DNA of 63,944 nucleotides, counting the filler, from Intoshia linei (taxonomy: Eukaryota > Animalia > Orthonectida): NCBI GenBank assembly GCA_001642005.1. It is 5 parts of 5 records of this genome, joined end to end, with 100 filler letters (N's around TTAATTAATTAA, not from the genome) between each part and the next. Parts side by side here need not be neighbours in the genome. Positions count along the whole stretch, not along the records: positions 37,221 to 60,871 come from LWCA01000556.1; positions 60,972 to 62,031 come from LWCA01002817.1; positions 62,132 to 63,944 come from LWCA01002494.1; 2 more parts are not named here. One strand, written 5' to 3'. This document shows, piece after piece, positions 54,174 through 63,944 of the stretch. The notes under the pieces are model-generated. The model was not told the origin of the DNA. It saw nothing but the letters and a program-made list of their open reading frames with translations, and made no database searches. The first letter of the stretch is position 1, and each line of letters opens with the position of its first letter. A program made the translations under genes and the position numbers.

Positions 54174-56700
54174 TTAAAAAGTAGTATTTTTCGATACAAG
54201 ATAATGATCTTTGGTGATTTTCGAATTGTAAACTGGCAACTTTTTGGAATTTTTAAATTCTGATAATAAAAGATGAAATATAGCAATGTGACAAAATATA
54301 ACAAAAAGCACTATAGACATCCACACCCATAATGGTATAATTCTCCGTTCATATCCGTATTTATGTAAGTACATGATTTCGTCGCGTATCGGAGTGACTA
54401 AAATGACAATTAAATTTTTGTTACATAAAATATGGAATGCGTGACCTAATTTGTAAAATTTAAGTGAGTAAACTACGTTTCTTAAATAACATTTGTCCGT
54501 TTTACTAAAACATAAAAACTGCAGTTTCAACTTCTATTAATTACCTTTAAGTTGAAAAAAACTCTGATATGATGTAATATACAATAATGTAGTTTAAAAT
54601 TAGTCATAGTGAAATAATGGCCATTTTACTGATACAATTTATAGACAAAATAAAAAATTAGTGAAATACCTAAATTTATTTCTCTAACATGGATAGCTAG
54701 TTTTAATTCTCTTATATGTTCATTATTATGAGTTACATACAATAATGCAGATTTGGGTTTGCTGGAATATAGTGGTATTTGTGTGAATATTTTGCTAAAT
54801 ATATTAATCACTTTAATTTATTATAATATACTAAACCTTAGAATAACTGGAGTATTAACACATCCAGTACCACAAGCGTAATATTCACATGCATTCGATA
54901 CTTCATCAGTTAATATTGAGTGTTTTTTTAAATTTAATTTAATCAACATATGAGGCATGTAGGTATATATGCTTATAGTGGATTGAATTGTAATTGAACA
55001 CATCTTTGACAGTGAAATGTTAAAAAACGTAAAATTTCGTTCAATAATATTGGGATCAACGTTCATTTCCAAGTGATGATCTCGATACGAAAATGATCCA
55101 ATGCTATACAAAATTGCTTGATATGTTCCATGGACATCTAAAGTGGTATGGTAAGCAAAAGTAAATGCATACTATTGTAGTGAGTGGTTAGCAACTTAAT
55201 TTCAAAAATTATATAATTTTTAATTTTCTTCTCTGATAAATTTAAATTTTCGCGTTCAAAAACCCAAATTATCTTTTTTAACAAATGAAAAAAAATTTAA
55301 AAGTCAAAACTTTTTGAATAACATTCATCCATTACAATGGTATTAAAAGTGTACCATTTAATAAACTTTGACATCCTTGTTTTTCCAAAGTTATCAACCA
55401 AGAATCCAACAATGCATTTAAATCGGTCATAGAATACGGTTCCCTCCACAAATTGTAATTTTGTCTAAAATGAGAAAAAATGTATAAAAATATTTCCAAA
55501 TTTCAGTGAGATTAAAGGAGACCAATATAAAATTTACAATAATGTTTTAATGTATCATGGTTAGAATTTAAAATTAATAATTGTAAGCCCAAAAAAGAGA
55601 AAGATAATTATCATTAACACGGCTTATAAATTTAAAATTATACAAAGTGTCATGTCCTGAATAGCATTGACCAATTAAAGATTTATCAAATTCTTGAACA
55701 TGATTGAATGAAGATTGTGTGAGAATATAATATATTGTACGATTTATATCCTCCACGTTGACAGTATAATTCATTTTAGATGGACCAATATAAAATCCTC
55801 TTGAATTTTTCAACTAAATCATTATATAAACATCTTACAATTCGTCAAAATCACTTGTTGCCATCCAAATTTATGATTTATTTCCAATTCGACAAAATTT
55901 TTGGAATTTAATAAAATCTAAAAGCATAACCATTAATAAAATGAAATTTCATTTGTTTTTAAATTAAAATAATTTACGATGTGTCGGGTGAAGAATCACA
56001 ACTAGTCATTGGCTTATGGTCAGATGGCAATTACAAGACGATTATATTTATTAAAATTATTCGTTATTAATATAAAAAAAAGGATAATTGGGCTTTTTAG
56101 CCAATAAGATATGAGTTTGGGAGGTTGAAATATATCTTACTTTCACCAGAAAAATCTGTAATAGAAATGTGGACTTTATAAAATTCAAAGACTGGTAGTT
56201 ATTTAAATAAACGATAACACAAAAAAGCATATTATATAAGTAAGGACTATATTACTTTTTCCACTTGACTGTTATTATTGCTTTCATTGTGTAATATTGA
56301 CAATATTATTGATGTTTTCTTTCTATATAAAAGTAAATTCCAATCAAAAAAACATATACCCGTATGCTGCAACATTAACATTTTGAGATTTGACAGTAGA
56401 TAAAAATAATTTATCGCTATTAGAAGCATCATTTTTATAAAGTGAGGCTGTTCTGTATTTATCAGATATTTTATTAAAAATATTTCTAAATGATTCATAT
56501 AGTGCTAATTAAATGTTTTACAGATAAATAAATAAAATGTAATACACCAGTGCATCTAAAATTGGAGGCCACACCATTAATGTAACATCTATTGTTGATG
56601 AAGAAATTTGAATTTATTCTATAAATTATTAACAGTAAATAATTATCCCAGAATCCTAAAATTTGAAAAAATATTCTGATACATCTTTATCGTCATCTAA
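54174..56700 (-). CDS. Multi-exon gene of unknown function, probably a single-pass membrane protein
   Basis: Chain of same-strand open segments with GT-AG borders, several N-x-S/T sites, CEYYACGTGC, and a C-terminal TM segment IIPLWVWMSIVLFVIFCHIAIFHLLL. The 5' end is uncertain and may extend to ~57300. Confidence 0.5.
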
Positions 56701-57789
56701 AATTTCTCGGTCAAAAATTAATTTTAACATTTTACCAACCAATATTTTGAGTGAGTCCCTAACCCTAGACTCTAGGTAATTCAATTTGTAGGTTTTCTAT
56801 GGACACTGACATATACACAATGTAGAACAATAAAAAATTACTCATTTTTAAGGTCAAGTTTAACATTAATGGTGCTATACTAAATTAAATAATAAATATG
56901 TAAACGTGAATTTAATGTATAATGTAAATCATACGTGTAACTTAAACGGTGTAAGTGGCACACTATTAGGTGACGCCTTTAAAGGTATAATTGCCCTTAA
57001 ACCAACATGAAAATAGTTACTGTATTTAAACAAACGTTTATGAAGGGGTTAGCAAAAATTTTTCTTGATATGGGTCTATGTATTTCAAATTCTAAGAATG
57101 ATTGGTTTATGCGACCCATTGATCCTAACCGATGAAGAATAATTCTGAACACATTAAATACACAATTATCGATTATTAAATGAAAATTTTTACCGAAAAA
57201 TTTTCAATATCAAATTGTTGATAAATTAAGTTTGTCTCCGTACAATGAGCAAATAGAGTACGAGTTATCCAAATATAGGTGTTTTTAGGCTAAATGTCAT
57301 AATAATCTTGCTAAAAAAAGCATTACAGTTTTATAACAATAAAATTCTTTAATTGAGCCTTCATCGTAACTTAAAAATAAATAACCTAAAAATATAAAAG
57401 TAAGCTATATAATTATAAAATGTACATTAGGGTGTTCCCAAGTGTCATCCATGCCATGAAGTTCAGCTACATGCCGATTTAAATAATCAAACTTTAGTGC
57501 ACAATGAGATTTATAGTATACTAAGTTGACTGTTATGTACTACGTACAAACAGCACCTAGCTCTATTAATCTAGATAATTATAAAAACCTATTTTGTCAT
57601 TTTCAATGTGATGACATATATTCAGTACCAATTTAATAAATACAGTGATATCTCGATATCGTCACGTTCAATTACTTATTTACTTAATTATTTGGAGTTA
57701 TATGTAAAGCCAAAATTACATATCTATGATTGCAAAAAATATTTTTGGCTTAAAATTGTTTCTAAATAAACTAAAATTTAAAAAAAAGG

Positions 57790-58090
57790 TTTTTCTGGTA
57801 CAGCTTATTCCAGTTGATATAAATACAAAATTTCAACATCAGAAATCTACGCATTCCCGGTGAAAAATAACTTTTAATATATTATCAATCAATATTTTTC
57901 AAATTTTTGGATTAACATGCAGAATTAAAAATCAAAAAGTAAATATTCATCCTAAAAATTCAAAAAAAAATGTGAATTGAACGTCAACACATTTCAAATA
58001 CAAAAATATGGGTTTCAATCTCATAAATTGATTCGTTCTGATTTTTTATCAGTGCTATGCAGTTTCTCATTTTTAAAAAGTGTCTACAGT
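57790..58090 (+). mobile_element. Modular family distal segment
   Basis: Reverse complement of ~860-1120 (AAATCTACGCATTCCCGGTGAAAAATAAC, GGTTTCAATCTCATAAA). Confidence 0.65.
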
Positions 58091-58907
58091 AGTTTATAAT
58101 CAAATGCAGTATAACTTTGTTACAATCATATTGAGCAGGATGTCAGGCTCAATTTGCTTTGCTAGCCAAATGTGAAAAAAAATTATTACGCGCGCCACAA
58201 AAAAATCTTTATTGAAAAAATTATGTTTAAACTAACAGTTTTAATTAATTTATAATATTTTTAATTTATAAAATGAAATATAATATTACTGTATACAATA
58301 ATAGCATTTACATCTATCGTTGAATAATAATGAGGATTAATTAAGGTATCATGAGACAAACTTCTCTCATTTTTAATCATAATATTAGAATTTTGAGAAA
58401 AACCAATGTATCCATTGCCTGTATAAAAAGGAAAAACATTTTTACAATTTTCGCAAAATTTTCCCTTACTATCAGCTTCAATAGACTTGTAAATGTTAAT
58501 TTTATCAGAATAACAATCATTTACTGAACCTCTAAAGTAGAAATGTAACTAATTGATGATACCTTTAGGAGGCTTTGTAGGCTTCCATTCTGGAACATTT
58601 TTGTATAAAATGTATAATAATGACGTACAAATTATTAAAGCTATACACGCCTTTCTCCTACAAAAAAATAAAATTTTTCATTTTATAAATATAATCATTC
58701 TAAACACTCAAAATACTAAATATTTATTGTAATGGATGTTATTAACACGGAAAATTGAATTTACCTATAACAAATATTTTTAAATATCACTAACATGTCA
58801 ACTTTTCAATTCACAAAATACTTGGCTCATTTGAATTGTAACCAAGTTTCAGTGTTGATTTATAAATTTTTAGATTAAATTGGATTGTAATTGTAAATTT
58901 TATTTAC

Positions 58908-59940
58908 ATGTCTATCAATAAAATATTGGTTGGATGCAAACGGGTCATTGATTATGCCGTCAAGGTTAATATTTCAATTAATTACTAAATATTAATAGAT
59001 TAGGGTTGATAAATCCGGTGTAGTGACTAATGGAGTAAAACATAGTATGAATCCGTTTGATGAAATTGCATTAGAGGAGGCAATCCGATTTAAAGAAAAG
59101 AAATTGGCGAAACAGGTTGTAGCTGTTTCTATTGGACCGGAGCCTTGCAAGGTTTCAAATAGTTGATGTTATCTATCTAGTGTTCTTTAACTAATTGGTT
59201 TCCACCTGGATAAAATTAGCCCCAATTTTCAAAATTTAGTATTAAAAAGTTAAATTCTTAGATAGGATAACTATTTTGTATGTTAAGTTTAAAGTGTAAA
59301 ATTATGAACCCTGGAGAGGTTGTTAAGATTAAATTATACTATACATAGTGTCCGAAAATTTAAGGGTCTATTTTCATTTTCAAGGTAACCTCGAATTGGT
59401 TGGTTGAGATTTGATTACATGCTACGACTAATACCATGCCAATATGTTACTACGAGTTCACATGTGTATTAAATTTACTTTTAGGATACCTTAAAATCTG
59501 CATTAGCTCTTGGAGCTGATGAAGCTATTCATGTTTTGGTACAGGATGCAGATTACAAAACTATGAAGCCGCTGTATTTTTCTAAAATTTTTGCACAATT
59601 GGCTAAAAAATTTGATTCTAATTTACTTTTCTTTGGAAAACAAGTATTTTTTATTGTAAATATTTTATTTTGGTTGATACTATTAACTTGATAGTAAGCA
59701 TGGAATATAGTGCACCATTATGATAACGAACATAAAATATTTGATATTATTTATTGCATCCGGTAAAAAATTTACCGGTCCGCTAAATAATTTTTTATAT
59801 TTTAAACTAAATTTTAATATTATCACGTAATTAATTATTTAATAGTCAATTTATTGTTTTTGATCAGAATTTTTTAGGCGATTGATGACGATGCCAATCA
59901 AACCGCTCAAATGACATCAGCTTTACTTGACTGGCCTCAG
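58908..59940 (+). CDS. ETFB: Electron transfer flavoprotein beta subunit, first 4 exons (3' exons not seen)
   Basis: Exons 58908-58964 ([19 protein letters not shown]), 58999-59151 ([19 protein letters not shown]), 59485-59643 ([13 protein letters not shown]...GKQ) and 59878-59940 ([21 protein letters not shown]). Absent from the ORF track. Confidence 0.95.
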
Positions 59941-60349
59941 GTAATTTTAATTTTTTTATCTAGAAGGTTTCTAATATATTATAATGTCACCAGTTTAATT
60001 GTTTTGTACAAAAAGAACTTAGGTTGATTAACTATTGTTTTATTTTAAGTGCATATAATAATGCATATATACTAATAATAATAATACTAGAAAGTGAATA
60101 TTTTGTGTTTCTCTAGTGATAATACACATTATCAAAGATATAAATATATTCGATCTATATTAAGGTCTTATGCAGGGGTTCACAACGTACGGCTGTGGTC
60201 AATACATCTGATCATAATGTAATATATCATTTTACTTCAAATTGAAAAGTTAAAATGAAATTTTATTATAAGTCTACATGTATTTAAAGTATTTTAATCA
60301 AAAAGTAATATTCTTGACTTTGCCCCAGTTTCTCAAATGTTAGCGAAGG

Positions 60350-60871
60350 GCACACAAAATCAAGGCAGTCACTGATATCTTTTTTATGTCTTCCACTTTA
60401 ATGTATCAACAAATGGGTTAATGGAACTTTTTTCTATTGTCAAATTATTATTAATTATTTACTGAAAAAATAATGATTAATGTTTTTTCAAAAAAATACA
60501 AGTAAAAGGAGATTTTTCAAATTTTTTTAAATGACAAACAAAGAATGTTATGTAACCATATGCTGTAAATAATAGAAATGATTTCATTAATTGACTTCTG
60601 TCTATATTTAGAATATACGCCTTAAAGGCATATATAATCCTGCACATCCAACGAGCCTTTGAGATTGCACCTGGTTTCAATAGAGTAACTTTGTTACCAC
60701 TTAAAATTGATATAAATAATTTACAGCATTCTTTGTAATCGTCGCGTTTATATTCTTGTACTTTTGATAAAGTTAATATAATATTAGAAAAATTAATGTT
60801 ATTCATTGTTAATTTTAGTGGATTATGGCATTTATTATATCGGTTTATATCATTAAAATAAATATCTTTAA
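60350..60871 (-). mobile_element. DNA transposase remnant, probably hAT-related
   Basis: RDDYKE and KPGAISKARWMCRIIYAFK match the RDDY.E / PGA...ARWM motifs of invertebrate transposase-derived ORFs. Confidence 0.65.
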
Positions 60872-60971
60872 NNNNNNNNNNNNNNNNNNNNNNNNNNNNN
60901 NNNNNNNNNNNNNNNTTAATTAATTAANNNNNNNNNNNNNNNNNNNNNNNNNNNNNNNNNNNNNNNNNNNN
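60872..60971. other. Assembly gap with artificial linker
   Basis: N44-TTAATTAATTAA-N44. Confidence 0.97.
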
Positions 60972-61539
60972 GAACATATGACATTAATAGAGCTCTGTTA
61001 TCTACAATGGTAGTTTCATCAATTTAGAAAGAGAATGTTGTTTTCTTTAATTGTTCTATTAATTGATTTTGATTATTAACAGCCATTTCATCAATTTGTC
61101 TTCTAATCATGCTAAAATAGTTATTGGATTTTGATGCACAACTGTATAGATAACGCTCGATAAAACAGGTTTGATGACATTTTCTGCAATGGTGATGGCA
61201 TTTCCTGTTTTTGCAATAATATGAGCTATTTCATAGGAAGCAATCAAGTCATCACTGTTACTTTTTGTTTTTGTGAAGAACGATGAAATAGTATTACGTT
61301 TTTCATATTTGAATTTTAAATCTTTAATACATGTTATGCTTTTGTTAATATCACCAGGATGTTTTTTACTCAAATCGTCTTGTAATCAGGATGGCTACAT
61401 AGGTTTATTGGAAAAATTTTTTTTGTCGACAATATGAAAAACAATATATTTGAAATTTTTAATAATATTATTTCCAACGCCCCACTAAATTTTGAAAACG
61501 CTTCCTGGGGGCCGCTACCGCCCACGTTGAGAACCACTG
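60972..61539 (-). mobile_element. hAT Charlie/Buster-like element, 5' part, degraded
   Basis: Terminus CAGTGGTTCTCAAC (reverse, ends 61539) and ASYEIAHIIAKTGNAITIAENVIKP. Confidence 0.85.
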
Positions 61540-61789
61540 CTTTATCGTATAGTGAAATTTAAATAGAAAATCCAAATATATATTTTAACGATAATGTTTC
61601 TGATAAATGTTGACAAAGTTCCGCTAATGTTGTAGCTATATAAAAAAATGTAGTTTTTAAATATAAAAATTTCACCAATTTTACAATTATTTTAAGATGG
61701 GTGGGTAAAAATACGGCAAAATATTTTCTGGTTTTTGTTTATTATTTCGAATGAATTTGTCAAAGATTTTATAATTACATTTTAACTTA

Positions 61790-62031
61790 TATAAAATGCG
61801 ACGCGATTTTTGTTTGTGTGTGTGTCTGTGTGTGTTACTTTTTTGAAATAACTAGTACTCTTAGAATTTTTTAAAGACGACATTTCAATTACAGTTTTTT
61901 CCGAGGCGTATAATAAGATAAATTTCAACTTCCCAATTTCACACCTTAAGGGTCAAAAACCCCTGTTGTCCCTCTTCTTGAAAATTAAACGAGTTGGAAA
62001 ATTTAAAAAAATATATACGCTGATGCGGATT
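61790..62031 (+). mobile_element. Helitron-like family copy, cut by gap
   Basis: GT microsatellite tract followed by the family core AATTTCAACTTCCCAATTTCACACCTTAAGGGTCAAAAA. Confidence 0.7.
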
Positions 62032-62131
62032 NNNNNNNNNNNNNNNNNNNNNNNNNNNNNNNNNNNNNNNNNNNNTTAATTAATTAANNNNNNNNNNNNN
62101 NNNNNNNNNNNNNNNNNNNNNNNNNNNNNNN
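62032..62131. other. Assembly gap with artificial linker
   Basis: N44-TTAATTAATTAA-N44. Confidence 0.97.
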
Positions 62132-63944
62132 ATATACTGTAGAACGCAAACTCATCAAAACATAAATTAACATATCATCCCAATTATTATCCTTCGTTAG
62201 TATTCTTAATCGTTCCCGAATCGTACAATTGAAACGCTCCACAGTGCCATTTTCATTATGCTTATAAGGCCGTGAATGTATTTTTTGAATGTTAAACATA
62301 TTACATAGTTGCTGAATGATTTGTGCTTCAAATGGCCGTCCACAATCAAAATGTAGACTCGATGGTGGACCATATCGAGATACAATATTTTTCAATATAG
62401 ACGTGAATACATTTTCAGCTGTAATCATATCGAGTGATTCGGCCTCACACCAACCCGAAAAATGGTCACACATAACCAATATATATTTTTTTCCATTTAT
62501 GGTTTCATTAAATCGATTCGTAATAACTGGTTTTAAAGAAGAATGTCTACTATGATTACGGTATTTAGAAGTACTGCATATATCACATTTTGTTACAAAC
62601 TCCTTAATATCACGATACATTGATGGCCAATAATATTTTTGTCGTATATTATATCACGTCTTAAATATACCCGGATTCGCAAATGCCAACGATTTGTGGT
62701 AATAAGATAAAATAGTCTGAATTGAATTATCGGGGATTAATATAAATTTTTTTGATTCATGATTATAATATACAATATTTTCATCAACTGATAATTTAGA
62801 TTTAATTGCAAAGAACTGATTATCATTAGTAATGTTTCCTTCTCTAATAACTACAATATTTTTATCATCATCCTGTAATTTAAGAGGACTTAAATTAGAA
62901 AATTCAATGGACCAGGTCGATATTCAATCTCATAATCAAAATTTTCGATTTTAAGTCATAAATTTAACAAGGTTTCAGGTAAGTTATTTGATTGTTTAAT
63001 GTATACCAAAGGTTTGTGATCAGTGATAATCTTAACATGACGGCCTAATAAGTATGTCTTAAATTTTAACACGATTTTAACAATAACAAATAGTTCCTTA
63101 TGGGTTGTGCTGTAACGCATTTCAGTATTGTTTAATTAAATACTAAAATATTCTATAACTTTTTCATTCTGTAATAACACCGCACCAACTCCAACTTTAG
63201 AAGCATCACATTCTAATATAAAATCACAATTCTTTTGAGGTAATAATAGAAGTGGTGAAGACTCGAGAGCTTTTTTTAATGATATATAAGCCGAGTGTTG
63301 GTTTTCCTGCCATAAAAGAGCTACACTTTTCTTTAATAGTAATAATAAAAGTTCAGTTATCTCTGTAATGAGATATAAAGCGTCGGAAAAAATTACATAC
63401 ACCTAAAAATCTACGCAATTTTTTTATATTTTTAGGTACACCATAACGTGCTATAATATCCATTTTTATATGTTCAACAACGCTTTTAGCCGAAATATTT
63501 TCAATTGGAATAATTTCAGGCCAACCAGAGAAATGGTCAATCATTACTAATAAGTATCTTTTATAATTATTAGAAACCAGAAAAAGTCCTGCAAAATCAA
63601 GCTGCCATAGCTCATTGAACCGCGATGCATTTTTTTGCTTGAGGGGTAAGTTGTGATGGAACCAACCTGTTTTTTGTTGGTTGCAAATGGTGCAATTACG
63701 GATAAATTGTTTGACTGAACTTCCCAGTTCCATATACAATAAATAAACGAGAAATAACTGATATAACGGCTCGAACACCTGGATGACATGCTTTTGGATC
63801 GCTGTGTACCATTTCGATAAACTTATTCTGCAATTTCTTGGGAGCTACAATTAAATCGGCTTTAGCCGATATAAAATACAGAATTTCATCAAAAATATAA
63901 AATTTACTTAAGTTTTTGGAAAACTTATTAGAATGAGATATTGG
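62132..63944 (-). mobile_element. Degraded, rearranged Ty3/Gypsy LTR-retrotransposon pol (integrase - RT end - RNase H - integrase)
   Basis: CTICNQQK, LWQLDFAG, LLVMIDHFSGW, RYGVP, LRRFLGVCNFFRRFI, LECDASKVGVGAVL, RYSTTHKEL, ITDHKPL, and a second integrase CDIC...CDHFSGW...NGTVERFN. Confidence 0.93.

Noticed and set aside
56753-56775. CCCTAACCCTAG telomere-like motif
   Set aside because: Only two units, compatible with chance.

Overview
Very AT-rich eukaryotic (animal-like) genomic DNA. Introns are either tiny GT-AG introns (about 33-60 nt) or kb-sized and filled with transposons. Four artificial 100-nt gap linkers (N44-TTAATTAATTAA-N44) split the window. The style resembles a compact parasitic invertebrate such as an orthonectid; this is an inference only. 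Recognisable genes: two LITAF-domain paralogues (one frameshifted), an anoctamin/TMEM16, a K/E/D-rich ORF cut by a gap, two tandem ENPP-type ectonucleotidases (one lacking its catalytic middle), importin-beta (KPNB1), MORN5, NAT10, an unknown single-pass membrane gene and the 5' part of ETFB. The most striking feature is a ~6.7-kb locus with 6 VWA and 3 EGF domains that the ORF track breaks into pieces. It reads through 13 in-frame TAA/TAG/TGA codons, mostly without changing frame. It is most likely an extracellular-matrix gene decaying through C:G>T:A changes, with recoding as the alternative to test. Mobile DNA includes hAT elements with TIRs and 8-bp TSDs, a MULE nested in a hAT element, pogo and mariner remnants, MITEs, a rearranged Ty3/Gypsy pol, and an abundant Helitron-like family built from shuffled ~130-bp modules. 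No rRNA, tRNA or CRISPR array was seen. All identifications come from manual translation and motif recognition, with no database searches.
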